A stretch of DNA of 64,000 nucleotides from Bacteriovoracia bacterium (GTDB lineage Bacteria > Bdellovibrionota > UBA1018 > JBFWNL01), in contig JBFWNL010000011.1 of assembly GCA_050251055.1 (NCBI GenBank), positions 44,412 to 108,411 on the forward strand, in the 5' to 3' direction. Position numbers and translations under genes: made by a program. The notes beneath the pieces were generated by a model. That model did no database searches, had not been told where the DNA came from, and was given only the letters and a program-made list of their open reading frames with translations. Positions 9,571 through 18,821 of the stretch are shown here, in pieces; position 1 is the first letter of the stretch, and the number at the start of each line of letters is the position of its first letter.

Positions 9571-11460
9571 ATGAGAGCGCTTTTGCTTCGATCCGCACTA
9601 GGAATCATCATCGCCGTGAGCTTCGTCTGCCTGATCGGCGTCAGCTGGGTCTACGCGGGCCCAAAAGACCCGCAGGTGTCGTACGCGCTGCGCGCCTGCA
9701 CGGACAGCGAAAGCTGGAACTTCAGCGGTAAGATCGATGAAAAGTGGCAAAGCGAATTCAAGGCATTCCTCTCGAAGCGCATTTCGCCAGTTCGCGCTTT
9801 CTCCGAAGGTCTCGCCCTGCGCCGCATTGCCGAAGACGCCGAAGCCCGCACGTTCGGTGAATACTGGGTCTCGCGCGCGCTCCTGCACGCCGAACTCCCC
9901 CACTTGGCCTACGCGGGCTTCTCCGCCATCATCGACCGTCCACTGACGGAAGAAAACATCGGCCCCACCGCGGCCGCCATCGACTGCCTCATGTGGATCC
10001 AAGCCCGCTACCCTTCGCTCGACTTCCCTTCGGCCGTGAGCGCGCGCCTCTTCGAGTTCTCGAAATTTCCGAAGAACCCCACCGCATACAATCCGGTCAT
10101 CTGGAACGCGGCGAACGCCTACGTACGTGATCTGATCCATCGGGGGGGATCGGAAGCCGACGTGAAGCCAGCCCTCGATCTCGTAAGAGGCGGTGGCTCC
10201 TTCGAAGCGCTCGCCAACGGCATGTGGGCGGCCAAGCGGGGTCTGCATTCCAAGGTGATCAAGAGTCTCTATTCGTTTCTATACGAAGCTCCCATTCCCC
10301 CCGTGCTCGAAAAATTCACGGACTCCGCGCGCCTGCTGATCTCGCGCTCGTACTACAGCACGCACAAGTACGGGCTCGCTTCCGACGAGCTTAAAAAAGT
10401 GAAGAAGAGCTCTAATGATTTGGCTGAAGCCTTGTCCGAGCTCTCCTGGGCCTACCTGCAATCCGAGCAATACGGAGAAGCCATCGGCACGACGATCAAC
10501 CTCCAGTCCGGCGGTCTGCGCAAAACGTTCTCGCCGGAAGCGCCTATGGTCATGGCCATGGCCCTGAACGAGATCTGCCAGTTCCCGGAAGCCATCAAGG
10601 CCGTGAATATCTTCCGTCGGAATTTCCACGGTTCGTTCGAATGGCTCAAACAGTGGAATGACGGCGACAAGAGCCAAAGTCTCTATAACCTGGCCGTCAA
10701 GTACCTCAAGAACGAGGCGAAAGTTCCAGAGCGCGTAGCGAGCGAGTGGGTGCGCTCCCCCCTGTTCATTTCCCGCCAAGACGAGATCAATCTCGTCTTC
10801 AAGGAAAAGGACTCCACCGCCGGTCTCGGCCGCGCGGGCGCCAAGGAGCAGCTGACCACCGCGAAGGACCTACTCAAGTTCCTCCAGGATTTTCGTAAGA
10901 AATACCACCTAGCCAAAGTAAAGCTCAAGCCGGGGGAACCGCTCCCACGGCTCCTGCTCGACGAACTCGGTCACCTGCGCGATCAAGTCGCCCACTATTC
11001 CCGATTGCGCCGGGCGGCGCCCGTTTGGCGGACCATCCTGGCCAATTACGAAAAACGCTCTCCGTCCCGGATCGCCAAGCTCTCTCAAGACATCAATAGC
11101 GATCTTAAGCGCATGACCGCGCGCATGCACCGGCAACTCAACGAGATCGCCGAAAATAACTACTTCATCGAAGTGGAAATTTTCAACGGGGCGAGCCGCG
11201 ACATTATCTGGCAGAACGCCTATCCCGACTACGAAAAGGTCGCCAAGAAGCTCGACAAGGACAATCGTCCCAGCACCGGCTCTAAGGAGTGGGACTGGGG
11301 ATCGGTTTCCGCCGGGCTCGACGGCAGCGGCGAGATCTGGGAAGACGAGCTGGGCTCTTTCAAGGCCAATCTCTTCGATAACTGCTCCAGCAAGGATCGC
11401 TACCTAGCCATGAAACGCGAGGACGCGTTGAAAAAAGCCGAACTCAAGAAGGTGAAGTAA
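9571..11460 (+). CDS. TPR protein, GltC-like
   Basis: Signal peptide, AEALSELSWAY TPR, PEA..LNEICQF and terminal GEIWEDELG motif resembling GltC. Confidence 0.75.
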   Translation: MRALLLRSALGIIIAVSFVCLIGVSWVYAGPKDPQVSYALRACTDSESWNFSGKIDEKWQSEFKAFLSKRISPVRAFSEGLALRRIAEDAEARTFGEYWVSRALLHAELPHLAYAGFSAIIDRPLTEENIGPTAAAIDCLMWIQARYPSLDFPSAVSARLFEFSKFPKNPTAYNPVIWNAANAYVRDLIHRGGSEADVKPALDLVRGGGSFEALANGMWAAKRGLHSKVIKSLYSFLYEAPIPPVLEKFTDSARLLISRSYYSTHKYGLASDELKKVKKSSNDLAEALSELSWAYLQSEQYGEAIGTTINLQSGGLRKTFSPEAPMVMAMALNEICQFPEAIKAVNIFRRNFHGSFEWLKQWNDGDKSQSLYNLAVKYLKNEAKVPERVASEWVRSPLFISRQDEINLVFKEKDSTAGLGRAGAKEQLTTAKDLLKFLQDFRKKYHLAKVKLKPGEPLPRLLLDELGHLRDQVAHYSRLRRAAPVWRTILANYEKRSPSRIAKLSQDINSDLKRMTARMHRQLNEIAENNYFIEVEIFNGASRDIIWQNAYPDYEKVAKKLDKDNRPSTGSKEWDWGSVSAGLDGSGEIWEDELGSFKANLFDNCSSKDRYLAMKREDALKKAELKKVK

Positions 11461-11464
11461 GCTC

Positions 11465-12034
11465 ATGAAGAAACAAAAAGTGTTCTTAGGCGCTCAAGGC
11501 AAAGTTCACGGTCCGTACAGCGTGGAGCAGCTGAATGAAATGCAGCGCTCCGGCCGCATCAAGGACTACAGCTGGATCTGGGATTTTCAGAAGGAAACCT
11601 GGTCGCACCTCGACCCCGCGCCTCCAGCTTTGACGGAAGCCCAGTTAGGCGCGGCGCTGATGGAAGAAATGCCGGAAGCTCCGGTACACCACCTGCATCA
11701 AAAAGCACCCGAGCCCGCCGCCATGCCGGCACCCCGGGCCATCCCGATCACTTCGCTCGCCAAGAACCTGCAAGCCGTTTGTTTTCATCAGACGGCCGCC
11801 GTCAGCGGCATGCTCGCCGGCATGACCCAGCTGGGTTGCGAGCTCGTATCGCTGGATCGCTCGCCCAGTCCTCAGCTCGGCCGTAACCAACCCCTGATGC
11901 TCAACGTTCTGGATCCCAAATCAGGCCGCACGGTGAACGTACAGGCGCGCATGCACGACGCCAAGCGCTCCGAGGCGGGCTGGACGTATCTATTGCAGTG
12001 GAAACAGGTCCCTGACTTTAGGGCCTCGGCGTAA
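11465..12034 (+). CDS. GYF_2 (DUF4339) domain plus PilZ-like beta domain protein
   Basis: N-terminal GPYSVEQLNEM..GRI..SWIW..W; Pro-rich linker; C-terminal beta-rich domain with PilZ-like strand order. Confidence 0.65.
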   Translation: MKKQKVFLGAQGKVHGPYSVEQLNEMQRSGRIKDYSWIWDFQKETWSHLDPAPPALTEAQLGAALMEEMPEAPVHHLHQKAPEPAAMPAPRAIPITSLAKNLQAVCFHQTAAVSGMLAGMTQLGCELVSLDRSPSPQLGRNQPLMLNVLDPKSGRTVNVQARMHDAKRSEAGWTYLLQWKQVPDFRASA

Positions 12035-12956
12035 AGAACCGGTCTTTTAATACATAAGGCAAGACATACGGGAGCACGATCGGGCCTAGGTTGGCCACCG
12101 GGCCCGCTTCGGCGCCCGAAACGAGCATCGAGGTGCGCGCCAATTGCCGAATCAACGGACGCCGATAGGCAGGCGTGCGGCTCTCCAAGACCTCCAGTAC
12201 ATCCGCGGGAATCGGCGTGCCCCAATCCCGAGCCAACATCTGCAGCGCGAGCAAGCTCGCGGCTTGAACCCCACTACGGGCGACCTCAGCGAGAAAAACC
12301 GCCCAGTCGGGCTGACCATTGCGGATCACGCGATCCAGATCGGCGAGACACTGCAAGGATTCACGCCGGGGATCGCTAAACCCCTGCTCCACGCAATACG
12401 CCAGTAGAGTCTCCACCGGCAAGCCTTCAACGTCGCTTGCCTGAAAATCCCGCCCGAGCAAACGCGTACGCAAGGTCGCCACGGGGGTGTTTTCCCGGCG
12501 CGCGATCTGAATGGAGCCCGATCCCTCCGCGTATTTACCCACTACCCGAAAGCCTTCTCGCCCCAAAGCTCGCAAGGCGCGGGTGAAAGATTCGCGCTCC
12601 ACTAGAAACTCGATCGCATCGGCGCCGCGCAGCTCGGGATCCGGATAATATCGGCGCGCGGTATCGACCCCGCCAAGGGCGACGCCGCCGCACTCCGCGA
12701 GCGCCCGTTGCACCCGATCGTGCTCCGCGAGGATCACCGTGAACTTCAGTTTTTCCCGGAAATAGAGATGCTCCAGGTACTGGCGGCTAGATTCGGACAT
12801 CGTAGCCGGCCAGCTGCCGTCGCCGCGCAGGCGAGCCAGCGCGGGCAAGAGAATGCCGTAAGCTTCCGCGGTTCCGGCAAGGCCGTACCAATCCGCGTGG
12901 AGTTCGTTCAAATCCAAAAAATTCTTCGTGCCGGTGAAAAGCTGGATGAGATCCAT
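12018..12956 (-). CDS. Nucleotidyltransferase-family (NTP_transf_5-like) protein with divergent catalytic motif
   Basis: LGG..RYYPDPELRGADAIEFLV resembles LKG..YP.P..R...DIDLLV; LADLD..PDW motif. Confidence 0.6.
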   Translation of the reverse strand: MDLIQLFTGTKNFLDLNELHADWYGLAGTAEAYGILLPALARLRGDGSWPATMSESSRQYLEHLYFREKLKFTVILAEHDRVQRALAECGGVALGGVDTARRYYPDPELRGADAIEFLVERESFTRALRALGREGFRVVGKYAEGSGSIQIARRENTPVATLRTRLLGRDFQASDVEGLPVETLLAYCVEQGFSDPRRESLQCLADLDRVIRNGQPDWAVFLAEVARSGVQAASLLALQMLARDWGTPIPADVLEVLESRTPAYRRPLIRQLARTSMLVSGAEAGPVANLGPIVLPYVLPYVLKDRFFTPRP

Positions 12957-13016
12957 GGAATCCTCCGTGAAGAAAACGGGCCAAATCCGTTTGGCCCTTC
13001 CTTCATCCTAAAGGAA

Positions 13017-13949
13017 TCAGAACGAAAAGGAAATGCCGCCGTCGAGATAGACGCCAGAGAGATTGATGGGGATTGGGACGTAATCGGCGTCCACATCCCC
13101 ACCCTGCCGGAAAATCTGGTTGCCGTTGCCCTCCACGGTGGGCGTCAAATTTTTGGTTTTAAGGATCCGGTACCCACCGCCCAGAAAAATCGCGAAGTTA
13201 TCCGAGATCGACCAGGCGACATGGGTGTGCAAAAGCGCCGTGAAGGTCGAAGCCGTCAGTAACGTCTGGTTGGGCTCGGTCGCGTTCTCCACGGTCGCCA
13301 GTAGCTCCGTATTGAAAGCCAGGCCCCCGAATCCAGAAAACTCCCAGGCCCAATTTCGGGCAATGGGCAGGCGGGCCCCGACTCCGAGCATGATGGGAAC
13401 GGACGAGACGTCCATTTTATAAATCGTCCCGGCACTGTCGTCGTCCTCCACCCGTTCGGTGTGCCGAAGCAGGTCCGCGCGCAGTCCGATAAAGACGTTC
13501 GAACTGATGAACAGATCACCTTCCAGCCCGAAGTGGAAAGCCGCGGTGATCGGAAATCCGGTGAGATCGGAAAATTCCTGCAGTTTGTAGAAATCCAGGC
13601 CCATATGAAAGAGGAAGTTCAGCGACTTTTCGGGCGGCCGACCCGTGGTTACGGACGTACCCGCCGACTGCGCGCGCGGCAGGGAGGTTTCCCCACGGGG
13701 CATGACTTTGCGTTCGGGCACCTTCACGTCGGTGACCCGCACCCAACCTAGCTTCCCGCGGGGGGTTTTGATTTTAAAGAAACCTTGGGTAGCCGTATTA
13801 CTTGCGGTTACCTTCGCGTCGCGCGGGAGCCGATCCGTAATGCGGGCACTGGCGTTGGGTTTTTCAAAAACGGGGGTGAGCGGCTCAAGCACCCTCACGA
13901 TCTGCGAAGCGGAGGCCGACAGGCTAAGCAAAAGCCATAGCCATATCAC
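13017..13949 (-). CDS. Secreted protein with N-terminal SH3b domain and C-terminal outer-membrane beta-barrel
   Basis: GTG start at 13949 overlaps upstream TGA; signal peptide; GFFKIKT..GWV SH3b signature; ends GGISFSF. Confidence 0.7.
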   Translation of the reverse strand: MIWLWLLLSLSASASQIVRVLEPLTPVFEKPNASARITDRLPRDAKVTASNTATQGFFKIKTPRGKLGWVRVTDVKVPERKVMPRGETSLPRAQSAGTSVTTGRPPEKSLNFLFHMGLDFYKLQEFSDLTGFPITAAFHFGLEGDLFISSNVFIGLRADLLRHTERVEDDDSAGTIYKMDVSSVPIMLGVGARLPIARNWAWEFSGFGGLAFNTELLATVENATEPNQTLLTASTFTALLHTHVAWSISDNFAIFLGGGYRILKTKNLTPTVEGNGNQIFRQGGDVDADYVPIPINLSGVYLDGGISFSF

Positions 13950-14950
13950 CGATAGAGCCTCGTCAGTTCCCGCGGGTTCACCTTCACGTTGTGAATGATG
14001 GCGCTCCAATGCAAATGCGGACCATTCGCCCGTCCCGTCATGCCCGCCAAGCCCAACACCCGCCCGGCGCGCACGGCATCTCCGGTGGCCACCTTGAGCG
14101 CGCTTAAATGAGCGTAAAGCGTCAGCAAGCCGTAGCCATGATCCAGGATCACCGTGTAACCCGTGTAGTAAAGATCCTTCGCCAGGACGACTTTACCGTA
14201 AGCCGGTGCGCGAATCGGGTCGCCGGTTTTAGCCCGCAGGTCGAGCCCCTGGTGGGCGCTCTTGAGCTCCCCGTTGTACACCCGCCGGGCGCCGTACTTG
14301 CTCGTGACCTTGCCCGGTACGGGCATGCGGAAGTTCCCCGACCATTGCTTCTCGGGGGTATTCAACGCGTATAAAGCGCGGATCTCCTCCATTTCCGCCT
14401 GAATGCGCGCCTGGGCTTCCGGCGGGGGATTCACTTTCGAAGGAGGTACCTTGAGCGTCTCCGAGGGATAGTCGCCCGGGGTAACCTTGAATTCGAGTTC
14501 GCTCCGGGCCAACACGTTTTTGCCGATAGGGTCCATGGCGCGGATTTCGAGCCGGCTCGGTCCCGGCGGATGATCGTAGGGAATCCCGAAGACGACACCA
14601 AACACGCCGGGCTGCGCCGGCCCATGCGGGAAACAGGGAAACTCGCGTCCTTCATAGCTTACGCTCACGTTGGGCGCGCGCTCGGCGAGCTCGGGAGCCA
14701 ACTCCACCCGCAGCAGGAGCGCTCCCGCGTCCTGCACTTCTCCGCGCGAAAGCGTCGCGTTCACCGCGGCGTCGCGAATGAGGGGAGCGAGGTTCTTGAT
14801 TTTCGTGCCGGGCACATCCACCGGCGGGGCATCGGGCGACGCCAGGTCGACCGACGACGACGGGGGCGGCGTCGCGCAGCCCGCGCCAATCCCCCACGTT
14901 CCGATCACCGCTAAAATGAACCTACTTTGCTTCCACTTGGGCATCGCCAT
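13946..14950 (-). CDS. M23 family peptidoglycan endopeptidase, lipoprotein
   Basis: GAGC lipobox; intact HQGLD and GPHLHW zinc motifs, YAHL; start at ATG 14950 or 14944. Confidence 0.9.
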   Translation of the reverse strand: MAMPKWKQSRFILAVIGTWGIGAGCATPPPSSSVDLASPDAPPVDVPGTKIKNLAPLIRDAAVNATLSRGEVQDAGALLLRVELAPELAERAPNVSVSYEGREFPCFPHGPAQPGVFGVVFGIPYDHPPGPSRLEIRAMDPIGKNVLARSELEFKVTPGDYPSETLKVPPSKVNPPPEAQARIQAEMEEIRALYALNTPEKQWSGNFRMPVPGKVTSKYGARRVYNGELKSAHQGLDLRAKTGDPIRAPAYGKVVLAKDLYYTGYTVILDHGYGLLTLYAHLSALKVATGDAVRAGRVLGLAGMTGRANGPHLHWSAIIHNVKVNPRELTRLYR

Positions 14951-16109
14951 CCTTAAAGGTAACCCGGTAGCGGGTTCCCGGCTGCAACTGCGTTCGAGTT
15001 CGAATAATCGCGCCTCCGTCCACGGAGCGCACCAAGGAAAAACCCCGATCCAAAACCCGCAGGGGCGAAAGCGCGTCGAGCTGGGCGGTGGCACGCTCGA
15101 AACGCGCGCGTTTTTTCTCGAGCTGAAAGCGCGCCGCCTTGTCGAGCCGCGCCCGCACCTCCGTGAAAACTCGGGATTGCTGACCGAGTTTTTCGCGCGG
15201 GCTTACCACGCGGGCCGCTAGGTGATCCAATACCTCCTGACGCAACTCCAACGAGCGGCGGGCCTGTTCGCTGAGCCGCGCGCGGAACTCCGCTAAACGG
15301 TCCGCAAACCCCACCCAGTCGGCCGAGATCAGTTCGGCGGCGGCCGACGGCGTCGGGGCCCGTAAGTCGGCGACAAAATCGGAAATCGTGAAATCCACTT
15401 CATGGCCGACGGCCGAGATCACCGGCAGGCGCGACGCGACGATCTGACGGGCAAGACGTTCCGAATTAAAGCACCAAAGATCTTCTAGGCTACCACCGCC
15501 GCGGGCGAGGATCACCGCTTCGCCGATCCCGTGGCGGTTGACCGTCTCCAATGCGCGGACCAGCTGGGGTTCGGCCCCTTCCCCCTGGACGACGGCCGGC
15601 ACGATCGTCACCCGCAGTTGGGGAGCCCGCCGCCCCAAGATATTCAAAATGTCCTGCACCGCCGCGCCCGTCGGCGAAGTAATGATCGAGACGTGACGGG
15701 GGTACCGTGGTAGCGCCCGCTTGCGGCCGGCTTCAAAAAGCCCTTCGGCGAGCAACCGTGCCTTGAGCTGCTCGAAAGCGATCTGCAATGCGCCCGCCCC
15801 GAGCGGCTCTAGCTTATCCACCACCAGCTGGTAGGTGCCGCGCGGGGGATAAACGCCGATCTTGCCGGAACACAATACCTCCTGGCCGTCCTTCAAATCA
15901 AATTTGATTCCCCGCATACCGCCGAAGAGCGCCGCGGAAATTGAGGCCTGGGCGTCTTTCAGCGAAAAGTAGAGATGGCCGGAGGCCGCGGGTCGGAAGT
16001 TACTAACCTCCCCCCGTATCCACACGCGCTTGAACGGCGGTTCCAGCACGCCGCGGATGCGGGCGGTGAGCTCCGAGACGCTCCAGTAGGCGGGATTGCT
16101 TTCCATCAC
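14922..16109 (-). CDS. xseA: Exodeoxyribonuclease VII large subunit
   Basis: SGHLYFSLKD, ARGGGSLEDLW, SAVGHEVDFTI, APTPSAAAE, LSPLRVLDRGFS. Confidence 0.97.
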   Translation of the reverse strand: MMESNPAYWSVSELTARIRGVLEPPFKRVWIRGEVSNFRPAASGHLYFSLKDAQASISAALFGGMRGIKFDLKDGQEVLCSGKIGVYPPRGTYQLVVDKLEPLGAGALQIAFEQLKARLLAEGLFEAGRKRALPRYPRHVSIITSPTGAAVQDILNILGRRAPQLRVTIVPAVVQGEGAEPQLVRALETVNRHGIGEAVILARGGGSLEDLWCFNSERLARQIVASRLPVISAVGHEVDFTISDFVADLRAPTPSAAAELISADWVGFADRLAEFRARLSEQARRSLELRQEVLDHLAARVVSPREKLGQQSRVFTEVRARLDKAARFQLEKKRARFERATAQLDALSPLRVLDRGFSLVRSVDGGAIIRTRTQLQPGTRYRVTFKDGDAQVEAK

Positions 16110-16110
16110 G

Positions 16111-17607
16111 CTAAAGCGCCAGGGTTATGGCCGCGTCCGAATGCAGCCGGGGATCCTGGCGAATTATTGGCGCGGCGCTCGCTTCTTTCTTGGTGTCGAA
16201 TTTATTGAATAGCTCGTGTGAGCGCAAATAGTTCAACGCCTCGCGGACCTGGTAATCCTCGCGGGGATCTTGCTTGAGTGCGGCCACGGACTCGTCGTCG
16301 TCTTCGGCCTTTGCCGACGACGCGGGTTTCTTGCCCGTGCCGACCATCGCATCCATTTCGTCTTTAGAGTACTCGCCCTTCTCGGGTTCCGCGTCGGACG
16401 GCTGGATGTGCCCCGGAAGGTCGCGCTCCCGCATGGAGTCGCTCTTCACGCGTGCCTTGGCCAGGAGCTTGGGGTTGTACTGGTCGAGCAGGATATCCGG
16501 GGTCACGCCTTTCTCCTGGATGCTGGTCCCGTTCGGCGTGTAAAAACGGGCGATCGTCAGCTTCAGTCCCATCGTCTCCCCGAGCTCGATCACCTGCTGC
16601 ACGGACCCTTTGCCGAAAGTGCGCTCGCCCATGACGACGGCCCGGCGATGATCCTGCAGCGCTCCGGCGACAATCTCCGCCGCCGAAGCCGTGCTGGAGT
16701 TGACGAGAATCGCGAGCGAAAAATCTTTTCGCGCTTTTCCACGAGCGGCATGCTTCACTTCTTTCTGGTCGCGATTCCGGCCAATGGTGGAAACCACGAC
16801 GCCATCGTCAATAAAAAGGGAAGAAACGTCGACCGCCTGGTCGAGCAGTCCCCCGGGGTTCGTACGGAGATCGAATACCAGGCCCCGGAGCTTGCTCTTC
16901 TTCTCCAGGTTTTCAATGGCGGCACGCACGTCCTTGCCCGCGGTTTCGTTGAAATTCGTCAGCCGGATATAACCGTACCCCTTATCCAGCTCAGCCAGCT
17001 TCACGGACTGGAGCTTGATCACGGCGCGGGTAACCCGAAACTCCTTCGGGACGTCAAAGCCCTTCCGGTAAACGGTGATGAGGACATCACTGCCCTTCTT
17101 GCCGCGCATCTTCGCCACCGCTTCCACGAGGTTCATCCCCTTGGTGCTGTCGCCGTTGATTTTCACGATGCGGTCACCCGGCATCAGGCCCGCTTTCCAT
17201 GCCGGCGTATCTTCGATGGGCGCGACGATGGTGAGCACGTTGTCCCGCATGCCTATCTCGATGCCTAAGCCGCCGAACTGGCCGCTGGTATCAATCTTCA
17301 TGTCCTTAAAGACCTCGGGAGGCAGGAAGTTGGAGTGAGGATCCAGCGTGGCCAGCATCCCTTTGATCGCGCCATAAACAAGGTCGGTGTTCTTCACGCC
17401 ATCGACATAGTGGTCTTCCACGAAATGCAGGACCTTCTGAAAGAGCTCCAGATTCTGATAACGCTCTTTCTGGATGGCGGTGGGCACGGCGGGTTCCGGC
17501 GCGGCGTCTTTTATAGCCGGGGGAGCGGCTGACCCGGGGATGGATCCCAGGGCCGTCGTGAGGATCGTGAAGCTAAGAAAAAACCGCGTTTTTTTAGGGA
17601 AGCTCAT
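16111..17607 (-). CDS. ctpA: S41 carboxy-terminal processing protease with PDZ domain
   Basis: LDPHS, GLGIEI, DLRTNPGGLL, TASAAEIVAGALQD, TFGKGSVQ. Confidence 0.95.
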   Translation of the reverse strand: MSFPKKTRFFLSFTILTTALGSIPGSAAPPAIKDAAPEPAVPTAIQKERYQNLELFQKVLHFVEDHYVDGVKNTDLVYGAIKGMLATLDPHSNFLPPEVFKDMKIDTSGQFGGLGIEIGMRDNVLTIVAPIEDTPAWKAGLMPGDRIVKINGDSTKGMNLVEAVAKMRGKKGSDVLITVYRKGFDVPKEFRVTRAVIKLQSVKLAELDKGYGYIRLTNFNETAGKDVRAAIENLEKKSKLRGLVFDLRTNPGGLLDQAVDVSSLFIDDGVVVSTIGRNRDQKEVKHAARGKARKDFSLAILVNSSTASAAEIVAGALQDHRRAVVMGERTFGKGSVQQVIELGETMGLKLTIARFYTPNGTSIQEKGVTPDILLDQYNPKLLAKARVKSDSMRERDLPGHIQPSDAEPEKGEYSKDEMDAMVGTGKKPASSAKAEDDDESVAALKQDPREDYQVREALNYLRSHELFNKFDTKKEASAAPIIRQDPRLHSDAAITLAL

Positions 17608-17621
17608 AGAAAAAAGTTAAA

Positions 17622-18821
17622 CTAAATGCGGACCCACTGCAACGGATTCACCGCCACGTTGCGCGCGCGCACTTCAAAATATATAGGCTGACCATTGCCA
17701 TCAGCTATGCCCAATTCGTCGCCTTGGGCAATAACGTCACCCACCTGGCGCTTCATCTCGCCCAGCCGGCCACATAGCGAATAGTAGTGATCGCCGTGAT
17801 CCAAAATGACCACATTGTCGTAGCCAGGAAGCTTCCCGGCAAAAACTACCTTGCCGGAGAAAATAGCCTTCACCGACGACTTGGGCGCCGCCTCGATGTC
17901 GACCCCCTTTTTAAACACGGTGAGTTTCGATTGAGCGTCGACCACCCGTCCGAACCCGGTGAGCACCCGGCCGGCGAGCGGCAGGGGAAGCTTTCCTTTC
18001 GCCTTCACGAACTCCCCTCCGTGCATGTCGCGCGAGATCGCGCGTTCGGCTTCGGCGACGCGCTCGAACTCCACCCGCGCGTTGAATTGGCTCATGAGAC
18101 CCTCGACCTGGGCTTCCGATTCCTTGAGCCGATGGTAGCTGCGCAGCTGCGCGATGCGCTCCGAGTACTTCGTGCGGATCGTCTCGAGCTGAAGCTCGCG
18201 GTGGAACTTGAGCAGGCCTTGCTGTTCCTGCAGGTCGTGGCTCAGGTTCGCCAACTGCTGACGTTCCTCTTGAATGCGATTCTGCAGGCCTTCGGCATCC
18301 GAGAGATCGGCGCGCAGGCTCTCGAGCTCGCTTACATGAATATCCACTAGCCCGGCGAGCGCCCGGCGATAAGGGGCCTCACGCCGCGCCTCCTCCGCGA
18401 AGTCGGGTGAGGCTGGCAGCGCCTTCGGCTCCCGCCGTCGCGAGCGCGACAGGTCCACGAGGAAGCCACGAATCGCCGTTTGTTTCTCGCCGATCTTCTC
18501 GAGCACCTGATTGCGACGAGTCTCGAGCTCGAGGATATAAGATTCCAGGCGCGCGGTTTTAGCCTGTACGAGCTCCATTTCCTGCTTTTGTAGCGCGAGG
18601 AGCTCGCGAATGCGTTGCACTTTTTGCTGGGCGGCCTTTTGGTCTTGGTCGCTCTGCAGGAGTTCTTTCTGGGCCGCGAGCACGCGGCGGTGGATCATCT
18701 CCAAGGAGGCCGGAGGCTTTGCCGACGGCAGGGTTTGCTTGGGCGGCACCGGGGCGGCGACCGCGTATCCCGCGAACGGCGCCCATGCGCAGACCAAGGC
18801 TAGAACCGCTCGCCTAACCAT
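17622..18821 (-). CDS. envC: Murein hydrolase activator EnvC family (coiled coil plus degenerate M23)
   Basis: Signal peptide, long coiled coil, LytM domain lacking zinc-binding His (KKGVDI; IYFEVR); follows ftsEX. Confidence 0.85.
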   Translation of the reverse strand: MVRRAVLALVCAWAPFAGYAVAAPVPPKQTLPSAKPPASLEMIHRRVLAAQKELLQSDQDQKAAQQKVQRIRELLALQKQEMELVQAKTARLESYILELETRRNQVLEKIGEKQTAIRGFLVDLSRSRRREPKALPASPDFAEEARREAPYRRALAGLVDIHVSELESLRADLSDAEGLQNRIQEERQQLANLSHDLQEQQGLLKFHRELQLETIRTKYSERIAQLRSYHRLKESEAQVEGLMSQFNARVEFERVAEAERAISRDMHGGEFVKAKGKLPLPLAGRVLTGFGRVVDAQSKLTVFKKGVDIEAAPKSSVKAIFSGKVVFAGKLPGYDNVVILDHGDHYYSLCGRLGEMKRQVGDVIAQGDELGIADGNGQPIYFEVRARNVAVNPLQWVRI

